Under the pieces are notes generated by a model, which saw only the letters and a program-made list of their open reading frames with translations, was not told where the DNA came from and made no database searches. A stretch of DNA of 64,000 nucleotides, taken from the NCBI GenBank assembly GCA_963674945.2, contig CAXXWQ010000004.1, positions 192,001-256,000 on the forward strand, written 5' to 3'. This DNA is from an uncultured Desulfosarcina sp. Lineage in GTDB: Bacteria > Desulfobacterota > Desulfobacteria > Desulfobacterales > Desulfosarcinaceae. Shown piece after piece: positions 1 through 10,006 of the stretch; the stretch's first letter is position 1, and each line of letters opens with the position of its first letter. A program made the position numbers and the translations under genes.

Positions 1-650
1 AACGCAACAGACTTCTTGAAACAGATAATCTCAGGCATCGTTTCAAGAAAATATTTTTTTACCTGATCAAAACCTAATTCTAAGGTGTTTGGATTATCGT
101 AGTGAAGATCATACATTAGCTGCAATATGTTACTTGTACGATACAAAGAACTTGATACTTCTAATGGATAGCCAAAATCCAAATATGAATTCGACCAATC
201 AAATTTTATTTGATTTTGCTTAATATTTTTATGGGTCGGTAATTTTTGACCTTTTTGGTGCATGTAACAATAAGTTATATTTTTTCCCAATCGAAACGAA
301 AATCCAATGGAATCTTCGTTCCCACTTAACGCGTCTATAGAAGATTGAATTTTGAATTGTTGATAAAAAAGATTATCATCAACCAAAAATAATATTAATT
401 TACTATCCTCGATAATTTCTAATAAATTTGTTTTAAATTTTGTTTCTTTGATAAATGAAACATCTGGGTAATCAATAGTCAATTGTTCATACTGTCTTTG
501 ATGCTTTTTGCTGGTTGTTTTATAAAGAACATTCAGATCAACGTACTCATTATCAAGGCAATATTTTCTGAACGAGGATAACAAAGCGTCAAGCTGCAAG
601 GCTCTGTCTTTACTAAATACCACCCCTGTTACTTTCAAAGTACTATTCAT
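1..650 (-). CDS. GT-A-like glycosyltransferase (partial, runs off window start); not in the ORF track
   Basis: Hand translation from ATG at 650: MNSTLKVTGVVFSKDRALQLDALLSSF...LILFLVDDNLF...GFSFRLG...DFGYPLEVSSSLY..., open to position 1; GT2-like N-terminal strand and DD motif. Confidence 0.7.
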   Translation of the reverse strand, partial: MNSTLKVTGVVFSKDRALQLDALLSSFRKYCLDNEYVDLNVLYKTTSKKHQRQYEQLTIDYPDVSFIKETKFKTNLLEIIEDSKLILFLVDDNLFYQQFKIQSSIDALSGNEDSIGFSFRLGKNITYCYMHQKGQKLPTHKNIKQNQIKFDWSNSYLDFGYPLEVSSSLYRTSNILQLMYDLHYDNPNTLELGFDQVKKYFLETMPEIICFKKSVA

Positions 651-815
651 TGAAATTTCAACCTATATTGTTGAATGAAGCAATTCCAACGTCATTATTA
701 AGTCGTCATCTGACAAAATAATGGCGATTATGAATCTATCAATTGGCGTCAGCTAAAAAGTCACCACGCCGGTAATGCTAAAACCGCAATTCTTACGGTT
801 AAATTCATTCAATAC

Positions 816-843
816 TGGTACCGTTATTGCAAACGGTATACCA
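816..843. promoter_or_regulatory. Two overlapping, oppositely directed sigma54-type (-24/-12) promoters
   Basis: + strand TGGTACCGTTATTGCA (GG 817-818, N10, GC 829-830); - strand TGGTATACCGTTTGCA (GG 842-841, N10, GC 830-829); lies between divergent genes. Confidence 0.6.
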
Positions 844-996
844 TAACTTATTAACTGCCAATGCCCCTTGATAAGAGCATCGCTCTAAATTCCAATTTTG
901 GGAATTTTTAAGGAAATCGTCTTATTGTAGTTAATGTCGGATTAAAACTGTTTATAACTTTTTCAGACTTTGGAAAAATAATCTCTACGAAAAATT

Positions 997-1722
997 ATGA
1001 AATCTTTGCCAATATCCCAAAAAGAAAAAATCGAAAATTTTAAAAGGGATTTATTCAGATTCGAAGATCTTAATGAGAAAAGTGAATTTCGTTTCGAATT
1101 TTCGAGAACAAAAATCATGCCCTGCTTAGATGATAATACTGGAAAAACTCTGTTCGATAGACACTATATTTTTCATACTGCATGGGCATTTCGTAAAGTT
1201 GTTGAAAATATGCCCATGAAGCATATTGACATTTCTTCGAGTCTCTATTTTTCAACCTCACTATCAGCCATATTACCCGTTGAATTTTATGACTTTCGTC
1301 CCCCAAAAATAGAATTGGATAATTTCAACGCTTACCATGCTGATTTAAATCATTTACCATTTAAAAATTGTAGCCAAAACTCGATATCTTGCATGCATGT
1401 AGTCGAGCATATTGGTCTTGGCAGATATGGTGATCCAATTGATCCGGATGGTGATCTAAAAGCCATTGATGAATTAAAAAGAACCCTGAAACCTTCAGGG
1501 AAACTATTATTTGTTGTCCCGATTGGAAAACCGTTTATATGCTTTAACGCTCATCGAATATACACACATGAACAAATACTCTCCTATTTTAAAAATTTCT
1601 CCTTACTTGAATTTTCACTAATTCCGGACAATCCAAAAGACGGTGATATTGTAACCAATCCAAGCGAAACACTGATTAACAAACAAAATTATGGATGTGG
1701 TTGTTATCTATTCAAGAAATGA
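997..1722 (+). CDS. DUF268-like / class I SAM-dependent methyltransferase
   Basis: SISCMHVVEHIGLGRYGDPIDPDGD and FNAHRIY motifs typical of DUF268-type methyltransferases in glycan loci. Confidence 0.75.
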   Translation: MKSLPISQKEKIENFKRDLFRFEDLNEKSEFRFEFSRTKIMPCLDDNTGKTLFDRHYIFHTAWAFRKVVENMPMKHIDISSSLYFSTSLSAILPVEFYDFRPPKIELDNFNAYHADLNHLPFKNCSQNSISCMHVVEHIGLGRYGDPIDPDGDLKAIDELKRTLKPSGKLLFVVPIGKPFICFNAHRIYTHEQILSYFKNFSLLEFSLIPDNPKDGDIVTNPSETLINKQNYGCGCYLFKK

Positions 1723-1797
1723 TTGGTTTATCCGCCCAGCAACTACTATCGTATTACCTACGGCTTCTGGATTATGGTGGCAGTCAGTTAAACAGCA

Positions 1798-2490
1798 TTA
1801 TTTCGAAATTTCCTTTTGTATGATGATTTGAATTTGCGCCAACGCAGATCCCATCGTCTGATCGACAGCAATTCCAAGCCCCGAAAAGAAAATATTGAGT
1901 TCATCCAACAAGGGAACTGTGAGTAATTTTTTCCCATTGAGTTGATGAATTAATTGCATATATTTTTTCCGTATTGCTTTTTGAGTGCAATTTTCTTTTC
2001 CAATTTTTTGCAGCTTATAATCGTATCGATAATCATGAACTGTCGCTGAAATGATTTGCGCACCCGGTAGACATTCATGCAATTCAAATATATCGTAAGA
2101 GCAAGGAGACCAGGTGCTTTTCGTTTTAAATCGGAATGTAGCCTTGTGGTCTGAATTGAATCTGCTTGGCCACTGCCCTTGTTCATATAAATTCTCGTGA
2201 GGTACAACAGTAACAAGATATCCACCGGGCCTGACAACCTGCCACCAATCTTTCAGGGCTTTATCTGGATTATGCATATGTTCAAGACAGTGGCTGCTAT
2301 TTACGGTATCATAACTATTCTGGCCAATATATGTTAAAATATGATTCGCATCTCCATGTTGTTTATCAAAAGCCTGTGCATGAGATACAACCAAATCGTT
2401 ACCGCATCCGATATCCAGTACTGTACCTGAGAAATATTTTTTCTCAAAATCTTTACCACGAACTATTCTCGTCTTTGTCGATTCGTTCAT
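1798..2490 (-). CDS. Class I SAM-dependent methyltransferase (type 11-like)
   Basis: VLDIGCG motif I, SSHCLEH, VRPGG. Confidence 0.8.
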   Translation of the reverse strand: MNESTKTRIVRGKDFEKKYFSGTVLDIGCGNDLVVSHAQAFDKQHGDANHILTYIGQNSYDTVNSSHCLEHMHNPDKALKDWWQVVRPGGYLVTVVPHENLYEQGQWPSRFNSDHKATFRFKTKSTWSPCSYDIFELHECLPGAQIISATVHDYRYDYKLQKIGKENCTQKAIRKKYMQLIHQLNGKKLLTVPLLDELNIFFSGLGIAVDQTMGSALAQIQIIIQKEISK

Positions 2491-2518
2491 TTTTCTTTAT
2501 GCACACGAATGTTTAAAG

Positions 2519-4987
2519 TTAATGATAATTCTGTTCAAAATTTGCGTAGACATCAATTTTGCGAGGCGGCCTTCCTCCACGATATATTCCCCACATATGC
2601 TGATAAGCGTCTTCAAGATGACTTACAAATTGTTTTGTATTGAACAATGGCTTTGACTTTCGATTTTTATCTAGTTTTTTCACTATTTTTTTGAAATATG
2701 CTGGATTCTGAGCCATATTTACGGCCAAATCTTGATATTCAGAAAGGCTTTTTGCCACCAATTCAGGAAGTCCGATTGCATTAAGTAAACTTGCGGAAAC
2801 ACGGGAAGCGAAATGTCTTCCAAGCAATGAAATAACCGGTACGCCTGCCCATAGCGCATCACTTGTCGTTGTATGGCCATTTACGATTCGAGTATCTAAC
2901 GCCACATCTGCCAGTTTTATTCTTGCCAAATGTTTATTTTTAAGAAGGCTGCCTGAAAAAATAATACGACTTTTTTCTATTCCTTGTTTTTCGGCTTCAA
3001 TTTTTAAATTTCGCTTTCCTGTTTCTGAACGGTCCATTAACCAAAGGACAGAACCAGGAACTTTTCGTAGAATATTCATCCATGTAGTAAACATGACAGG
3101 TTCGATTTTATAAAACTCATTAAAAGAACAATACACAAACCCTGAAGAAGGCAAGCCAAAATCCTTTCGATTGTATGAGTCACTGCTGATTTCTTGGTGA
3201 GAATCGTTCACCTGGTAAGTGTGGGGGAGATAGACTGGCTTTTCGGAATAATAAGACAGGTGTTCTCTTGGCGTGACTACTGGATCGGTTATAATGTAGT
3301 CAATGAATCTTGCACCCGTTGTACCGGGAAATCCCAAGTACGACACTTGGATAGGAGCTGGTTTGAAGGTGCAGATTTCGAATCTGTTACCTTGGGTATA
3401 TCCTTTAAGTTCAACAAGAATATCGACGTGATCATCGAATATGCACTGTGCCGCTTTCCTGTCTGACAGGTTCGATATATCCTTGAAATGATCACATGTT
3501 TCCATTATTTTTTTTCTGTAATAGCTTCCATCGTTGGAACCATATGAATAGATATTAATTTTAAATTTATTCCTATCGTGTAATCCAAAAAGCCCCAGCA
3601 TGAGATGTGAAGTTGCATGATTTTTAAAATCACTGGAAAGGTATCCCACCACGATTCTGTCTTTTCGCCGATTCTTCATACTACAAAATTGCTTCTGTTT
3701 AGATCCTGCGTTTCCAAATTTTGCAGCAATTTGAGTCTCAATAGAATTGGCCCAGGATTGCGCCACTAAATAATTATAGTCCGGGTCGTCAGATATTGAA
3801 AAAGTGAGAAATGGTAATTCAGGTGCCCGCTCTTTCCTGTCCAAACATCTTCTTGTAAGCATTTTCATACGACGAATATAAGGGGGGAGTTTCTGCCATG
3901 CACAAGCCTGTTGGAGTTGACGAATAAGCATACTCAAGGATTCTCCCCACTCCGGTTCTAGTTCCAATGCTTTCTCATAGCATCCAACCGCTTCATCCGA
4001 CTTGTTGATCCGACTGTAGACATTACCTAAATTATAGTAAAAGTCTGGACATTTTGAATCAACCTTTATCGCACGTTTATAGCAGGCAATGGCCCGGTCA
4101 TATTGGTTAGCATTTTTAAAAAGTAGCCCCATATTGTTCAAGGCAAACGCGTCATTCGGTTTCACGGATGCGCATCGCTGATAGCATTTCCATGCAGCAT
4201 TCATCATTCCAAGCTTACCATAAATGGTTCCTGCGTCGTTTAGCATCTCAGCATTTGTCGGAGCCAAACGCATAGCTGTTTCGTATGCCGTGATTGATTC
4301 TTCCAAAAGTCCTAACAGGCAGAGCGTATAACCTAAATTTGCATAAGCATGTGCGCATTCAGGATCCAGCTGAATTGCTTTCTTGTAACTTTCAATTGCC
4401 TCTTCGTAACGCCCACTCAATTTAAGTGCATTACCCCGATTGTTGTATGCATCCGAACAGTCAGGGGCATAAAAAATGGAAAGATTGTAGTGATTCAGCG
4501 CCTCTTCACTTTTCCCTATGGATTGATAGGCAACTCCGAGATTGTTATGTATCTTCGCTGCATCCGGCTTATACTCGATGGCCTTTTTATAGGCTTGTAT
4601 GGCAGATTTGAATTTTTCTACTTGTTGATACGTGTTTCCCATATTGAAATATGCATCAGCATATTCAGGGTACAGTTGGGTTGCTCTTATATATGCTGCA
4701 ATCGCGCTTTCTATCTCTCCCTTTTGTTTAAATACGTTTCCAAGGCTGTTATAAAATTCACTCCGCTCTGGATCGGCGGCAATCGAACGTCTGATGAAAT
4801 TCAGTGCCGATTCCGTTTCATTCGCCTGCAATGCGGCCTGTCCCAACAAATGCAACGCATCAGCTTGATCAGGACACATTGAAAGGATATTCCGATATGC
4901 GTGGACGGCTTCTGGCAATTTTCCTGACTGATGCAATGCAACTGCTTTACGAAGATCTTGTTGTATTTCCACTGGTACACCTACCAC
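2519..4987 (-). CDS. TPR-repeat O-GlcNAc transferase-like protein (GT41, SPINDLY/OGT family)
   Basis: About 10 TPRs, then VGYLSSDFKNHATSHL, PAPIQVSYLGFPGTTG, SFNEFYKI, LDTRIVNGHTTTSDALWAGVP. Confidence 0.9.
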   Translation of the reverse strand: MVGVPVEIQQDLRKAVALHQSGKLPEAVHAYRNILSMCPDQADALHLLGQAALQANETESALNFIRRSIAADPERSEFYNSLGNVFKQKGEIESAIAAYIRATQLYPEYADAYFNMGNTYQQVEKFKSAIQAYKKAIEYKPDAAKIHNNLGVAYQSIGKSEEALNHYNLSIFYAPDCSDAYNNRGNALKLSGRYEEAIESYKKAIQLDPECAHAYANLGYTLCLLGLLEESITAYETAMRLAPTNAEMLNDAGTIYGKLGMMNAAWKCYQRCASVKPNDAFALNNMGLLFKNANQYDRAIACYKRAIKVDSKCPDFYYNLGNVYSRINKSDEAVGCYEKALELEPEWGESLSMLIRQLQQACAWQKLPPYIRRMKMLTRRCLDRKERAPELPFLTFSISDDPDYNYLVAQSWANSIETQIAAKFGNAGSKQKQFCSMKNRRKDRIVVGYLSSDFKNHATSHLMLGLFGLHDRNKFKINIYSYGSNDGSYYRKKIMETCDHFKDISNLSDRKAAQCIFDDHVDILVELKGYTQGNRFEICTFKPAPIQVSYLGFPGTTGARFIDYIITDPVVTPREHLSYYSEKPVYLPHTYQVNDSHQEISSDSYNRKDFGLPSSGFVYCSFNEFYKIEPVMFTTWMNILRKVPGSVLWLMDRSETGKRNLKIEAEKQGIEKSRIIFSGSLLKNKHLARIKLADVALDTRIVNGHTTTSDALWAGVPVISLLGRHFASRVSASLLNAIGLPELVAKSLSEYQDLAVNMAQNPAYFKKIVKKLDKNRKSKPLFNTKQFVSHLEDAYQHMWGIYRGGRPPRKIDVYANFEQNYH

Positions 4988-6764
4988 TGATTTTGATCTT
5001 TTTTAGATCTGTTACTATCTCTTTTATGACTCGACTCCAGTCTCCAGCCTGATGCTGCCTGAAAAGACGCATCGTGGGGTACCAGGGAGAATCGTCTCGA
5101 TGCAAAAACCATCTCCAATCTGCAGCGTATGGGAGCAAAACCCAAACCGGTTTTCCCATAGCGCCTGCCAAATGGGCGACTGCCGTGTCTACGCTTATAA
5201 TAAGATCCAAGTTTGATACGGCACCAGCCGTGTCTGCAAAATCTTTAAAAAGAGGACCTAAATTAATTATCTCAATCCCCCCAAATCGGGTCAGTGAAGC
5301 CTCTTCATTCTTTTGAAGTCCAAATATATCGAAATTCTTGCTGCACAATAGAGAATATATCTGGTTTACATCACAGGATTTTTCGTGTTCGTAGGTTTTT
5401 GATGCCGCCCAAACCACGCCAATTTTAAGCTTACTTCCTTGACATATAGGTTTCCAGTATCTCTTTTTCTCAGGGGATGCATGAATATATGGGACTGATT
5501 TTGGAATTGTATCTACCGTCGTCTTCAATACCAAAGGCAAACTCATGAGAGGAATAAAGTAGTCATATGAGAATTCGGGTGGATGGTCGAAGGACATCGG
5601 CACGAGTCGATCCACCCCTGGAAAGTCTTTGAACAGTTCCAGAAGTTCTTTACGCGTTTCGAAAATGACAAATCCGCCCAATGCCTTTACCAACGGTAAA
5701 TAGCGTGATAACCAGATGATGTCTCCAAAGCCTTGCTCACTAGGAACGAACAATGTTTTTCCAGGAAATGGTTTCCCATCCCATCTTGGCCCTTTCAAAC
5801 GATGAGGGTAGATACGTTTCCAACGATCACGCCGGAATCGCCACTCATATTCCTTCCATCCCTTTTCAAAGTCCCCACTGGCAAGTAATGCAAGTGAGCG
5901 ATTAAAGCGAGCATCGAAATGTTCCGGTTGCAGTTCCAATACCTTGTTGTAATGAAACAAGGCGTTTTCTAATTGGTTTTGATCTTGATAGAGCTTTCCT
6001 AGATTATGATGTGCATCGGCAATTGGAGGCTCACAGTGTACTGCTTTCAGGTAATAGTCTTCCGCTTTGCCAAGTTGCCTTTGTTTTTGATACAATATTC
6101 CCACATTATAATTAACAGACGGATTTTCAGGTTCAACCTTCAAAGCCTTTTTGTATTGCTCAATGGCCGAATCATAGGCTTTCAATTCCCGATAAACATT
6201 ACCTAAATTATTGAGGGCTTCAAGATAACTGGAATCAATGGATATCGCATTCTTGAAACAGGAAATCGCCATATTCAGTCTTTTTTGGTTATGATAAGCG
6301 ATTCCCAAATTGTTATGAATCTGTGGGATTTTCGAATCGATTTGAATGGATCTTTTATAACAAGTAATCGCTCCTTGATTATCACCAACCTCACGCAAGG
6401 TGTTTCCCAAATTGAATAAGGCCGGTAACAGATCAGGTTGTAATTTTAAGGCATATCGATAATTATAAATCGCTTGTGTGAAGTTTCCTTCATGATGTAA
6501 AATCTCTCCGTAACTTACATAATAAAGCGCTTCATCATTATTTTCAGCAATTGCCCGTTGTATGCTTTTTTTTGCTTTATCGACGTCACGCGTTTCGAAA
6601 TGGCACAACCCATTGAAGTAACTGTTATTCAAATAATTTTTTAATACTTGAGCCTTATTGTGATGGACACGCATCGTCGATGAAATGCGGCATCCTTGTT
6701 TTCGATCTTTAGTTCTGTGCAATTCAAATCCCATCTCAAATATATTACCAATCTTTCTCGACAA
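4947..6764 (-). CDS. TPR-repeat glycosyltransferase with GT9-like C-terminal domain (start may be ATG 6734)
   Basis: TPRs then GWKEYEWR, EQGFGD, DLIISVDTAVAHLAGAMGKP, WRW...SPWYPTMRLFRQ. Confidence 0.85.
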   Translation of the reverse strand: MSRKIGNIFEMGFELHRTKDRKQGCRISSTMRVHHNKAQVLKNYLNNSYFNGLCHFETRDVDKAKKSIQRAIAENNDEALYYVSYGEILHHEGNFTQAIYNYRYALKLQPDLLPALFNLGNTLREVGDNQGAITCYKRSIQIDSKIPQIHNNLGIAYHNQKRLNMAISCFKNAISIDSSYLEALNNLGNVYRELKAYDSAIEQYKKALKVEPENPSVNYNVGILYQKQRQLGKAEDYYLKAVHCEPPIADAHHNLGKLYQDQNQLENALFHYNKVLELQPEHFDARFNRSLALLASGDFEKGWKEYEWRFRRDRWKRIYPHRLKGPRWDGKPFPGKTLFVPSEQGFGDIIWLSRYLPLVKALGGFVIFETRKELLELFKDFPGVDRLVPMSFDHPPEFSYDYFIPLMSLPLVLKTTVDTIPKSVPYIHASPEKKRYWKPICQGSKLKIGVVWAASKTYEHEKSCDVNQIYSLLCSKNFDIFGLQKNEEASLTRFGGIEIINLGPLFKDFADTAGAVSNLDLIISVDTAVAHLAGAMGKPVWVLLPYAADWRWFLHRDDSPWYPTMRLFRQHQAGDWSRVIKEIVTDLKKIKISGRCTSGNTTRSS

Positions 6765-6830
6765 ATAACATTTTATGGACGGTCACTTTTCTGACGTTTC
6801 ATGAACAAAACGAAGTGACAGCATAATTTT

Positions 6831-6847
6831 AGCAACAAACATACCAA
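6831..6847 (-). promoter_or_regulatory. sigma54-type promoter for the TPR-GT9/GT41/methyltransferase operon
   Basis: - strand TTGGTATGTTTGTTGCT, GG-N10-GC spacing, about 70-100 bp upstream of the start. Confidence 0.55.
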
Positions 6848-6958
6848 ATCTTTCAGTTCCATGATGCCAAGAAAAAATGAAAATGAAAGGCCTCGTTGAT
6901 AATCTTTGTTTGCTCTGTTATTGTTGTAAAAGTGATATTTGGCCCAAGAGGAGATGCA

Positions 6959-8134
6959 ATGACGGCAATTGGTTTCGAACTGCAAATGGGAAGTCAGTTC
7001 GGCTATGGAGTGACAACATTAGATTTATTGACACATCTTTTTCTCCAAGGCCGCATCACACCGCTCATTCTTAGCCAACCAGCAGAAATGACCCTGAGCC
7101 CAACCCAAGAAATCATCGTAAACAGGCTATTACGCATACAAAAGACATTCTTTGAACAATTGCCTCAGCAAAATTCCGGAAGAATCGTCATCAACTATCC
7201 GGTTCTGGTGCCAATTGGAAATGGATTTTCCCTTTCAAGCAATTGGGGTCGATTTAAAGGAACCGCCAGTTATGCGAAAATCGTTTTTGAACATACGTTG
7301 ATTGACTTAGAGGCATCGAAACGCCTTCAAGAGTACGATGCACTTTTTCCGGTCTCCAACTGGAACATGAATGTGTTACGAAATGCGGGATTAGATCATG
7401 TCAGCTTGACTCCCGAAGGAATAGACCCAACCATCTTTCATCCTGCACCGAGATGTGGAATCTGGCATGATCGGTTCGTAATCTTCTCGGCCGGAAAATT
7501 TCAATATAGAAAAGCCCAGGACCTGGTGGCTACGGCATTCAAGTTTTTTCACCAACGTCATTCAGATAGCCTATTATGCTTCTGCTGGCACAACTTATGG
7601 CCGCAGGCCATGATCGACATGAACGTTTCACCTTTTACAAAAAAAATACCAACTTACGATGATCGTGGGATTGATTTCACATCATGGCTTTTGGAGAACG
7701 ACCTGAAAAAAAATTCTTTCGTTGATCTCGGTTTTGTAAACCATTATCAACTTCCCCAAGTCATCCGAGAAACAGACGTTGCAATTTTCCCGAACCGTTG
7801 TGAAGGTGGAACCAATCTTATGGCCATGGAAACCATGGCGTGTAGTGTTCCGGTTATTCTTTCGGCAAATACGGGGCACCTTGATCTTATTTCCGGTGAT
7901 AATGTTTTCACCCTAAATGACCAAGGCGATGTTACACCACCAAATGGTTGGAAAGGAACGGACGGTTGGGGGGAATCTTCTGTTGAAGAAATTGTAGAAA
8001 CAATGGAGTACGTCTATCAACATAGGACCGAAGCAAAAAGAAGAGCGGCCTACGCCAGCAGATGGATAATAAAAGAACGTTCCTGGGATAAATGTGCAAA
8101 ACAATTCACCAACGCGATACAAAAATATTTATGA
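6959..8134 (+). CDS. Glycosyltransferase family 4 (GT-B)
   Basis: RBS GAGGAG before ATG 6959; GKFQYRKAQD, FPNRCEGGTNLMAMETMAC (EX7E-like). Confidence 0.85.
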   Translation: MTAIGFELQMGSQFGYGVTTLDLLTHLFLQGRITPLILSQPAEMTLSPTQEIIVNRLLRIQKTFFEQLPQQNSGRIVINYPVLVPIGNGFSLSSNWGRFKGTASYAKIVFEHTLIDLEASKRLQEYDALFPVSNWNMNVLRNAGLDHVSLTPEGIDPTIFHPAPRCGIWHDRFVIFSAGKFQYRKAQDLVATAFKFFHQRHSDSLLCFCWHNLWPQAMIDMNVSPFTKKIPTYDDRGIDFTSWLLENDLKKNSFVDLGFVNHYQLPQVIRETDVAIFPNRCEGGTNLMAMETMACSVPVILSANTGHLDLISGDNVFTLNDQGDVTPPNGWKGTDGWGESSVEEIVETMEYVYQHRTEAKRRAAYASRWIIKERSWDKCAKQFTNAIQKYL

Positions 8135-8139
8135 TTTTT

Positions 8140-9963
8140 TTATTTTGTTCTCCTCTCAACAGTCAAAGAAAGAAGGTCTCTTTTGATCAATCCTGCAATC
8201 CCAGCCCAATCTCCCCTCCTTTCCTGCCTGTAAAGCTTTGCTGTTGGGTACCATGGGCTGTCTGTGCGATCGGTAAGCCAACGGAAGTCAGGACTTTTGT
8301 GCAGCATGATCCATGTGGGTTTCCCCATTGCGGCAGCCAGATGAGCAACTGAAGTATCCACGGAAATCACGAGATCCATATGATGGATTGCAGCCGCTGT
8401 ATCTGAAAATTCTTCGAGAAAGTCCCCCAACAAAGTTATACTCATATTTTGTGCTTTTAACCGATCCTCATCAGTGATAGCTTTCTGCAGCGAGTAGAAA
8501 CGGAAGCCGGGAATTGTTGTTATGGATTCAAAAGTTTTTAGTGAGCATGATCGAAGTTTATCTCTTTTGTGTAAATGGCTACCAGCCCAAACAATACCTA
8601 CACTGATTTTCTTGGTATCAATACGAGCACGGAATTCCGCGGTTTTTCTTTCAGAAGGTCGCAAATAATTTGTTTTATAAGGAATATTACTCAGATCGAT
8701 TCCAAGACGACCGGGAATACTCATCAGAGGGATATACAAGTCAAACGATTTCGGGTTTACCGGTTCCGCCACGTTGGAACGTAAATGGTCAATCCCCGGA
8801 AATCCGCCCAGAAGACCAAGCAACGATTTATCGGTTTCAAAAATAACCTTCCCACCGAGTTTCTTTACGAATGGCATGAAACGAACAAATTGGATCGTAT
8901 CGCCAAAGCCCTGCTCGCTCTGCACGAGTAACGTATTCCCATGAAAAGGCTTTCCATCCCACATGGGCCGCTGACCAAGGTAGCGGTACTGCCACTGACA
9001 GTCTTTCCTAACGATTCGTGCATCATAGGCTCTCCAACCGTTAGAAAAATCACCGGAAAGCAAATAGGACTCTGCGAGGCTGAACTGCGCATTCGTGTGG
9101 GAAGGATTTATATGCAACGCTTTTCTTGTTACGGTTATCGATTGCTGCAGCTGATTCAAATCACGGAGCACGGAGCCTAAGCAGAAATAGAGTTCAGCAT
9201 CTTTGGGCTTCAACGCTACGGCCTTGCGATAACAGGATACGGCCTTTTCCGGGAAGTCGAGTTCGAAAATTTTTGCTAAATTGATATAGGGTTCCGGAAA
9301 ATCCGGGTTGCATCTGATGGCATCGTTGTAGTGGATAGTCGCCATCTCATGTCGACCATCTTCAGCATGGCAAAAACCCAATTTAAAATGGGCGAGTGCA
9401 TATTCAGGGAACATTTCAACTGCCTGTTGGTATTTCGACAAGGCATCGCTTATCTTACCGGAATCATATAACAAATCTCCGATTGCGATAAGAATGACAG
9501 GCTTATCTCGTCTAAGCGAAAAAACTTTCTCCATAGACTCGATCGCCCCGTTCCAATCTCCTGTTTTTTTGCAAACTTCTGAAAGATTATGCCACGCTTC
9601 GACAAAATCTGGATTTATCTTGACTGCATTTGTGAAATATGACTTTGCAGTGATGTAATCCTTGGAACCTTGAAGTATTGTACCAAGATTATTGTATGCT
9701 TCGGCAAGCAGCGGGTTCTGTTCAAGTGCCGTTCGATAATATTGACTCGCCTTTCTTTTGTCACCAATTTTTTGCTCAATTACGCCACACCGAAAAAAGG
9801 CTTCACTATTTCCCGGATCCAGTTGGATGGCATTTTTAAAGCAACGCAACGCCCCTGGATAGTTCCCTATCTTCTGGCTCATGACACCCAGATGACAGTA
9901 ATGCTGGCTTTTTTCATCCGGTGGGCTGTTATGCACGATTTGCTCTTCCATCGTTTCAACCAA
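8140..9963 (-). CDS. TPR-repeat glycosyltransferase with GT9-like C-terminal domain
   Basis: TPRs then EQGFGDTIQFVR, DLVISVDTSVAHLAAAMGKP, SPWYPTAKLYRQ; paralog of 4947..6764. Confidence 0.85.
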   Translation of the reverse strand: MVETMEEQIVHNSPPDEKSQHYCHLGVMSQKIGNYPGALRCFKNAIQLDPGNSEAFFRCGVIEQKIGDKRKASQYYRTALEQNPLLAEAYNNLGTILQGSKDYITAKSYFTNAVKINPDFVEAWHNLSEVCKKTGDWNGAIESMEKVFSLRRDKPVILIAIGDLLYDSGKISDALSKYQQAVEMFPEYALAHFKLGFCHAEDGRHEMATIHYNDAIRCNPDFPEPYINLAKIFELDFPEKAVSCYRKAVALKPKDAELYFCLGSVLRDLNQLQQSITVTRKALHINPSHTNAQFSLAESYLLSGDFSNGWRAYDARIVRKDCQWQYRYLGQRPMWDGKPFHGNTLLVQSEQGFGDTIQFVRFMPFVKKLGGKVIFETDKSLLGLLGGFPGIDHLRSNVAEPVNPKSFDLYIPLMSIPGRLGIDLSNIPYKTNYLRPSERKTAEFRARIDTKKISVGIVWAGSHLHKRDKLRSCSLKTFESITTIPGFRFYSLQKAITDEDRLKAQNMSITLLGDFLEEFSDTAAAIHHMDLVISVDTSVAHLAAAMGKPTWIMLHKSPDFRWLTDRTDSPWYPTAKLYRQERRGDWAGIAGLIKRDLLSLTVERRTK

Positions 9964-10006
9964 ACAGAAATTACGACTTCCTTCGAAAAGCCTTTGTATT
10001 TTTTAA

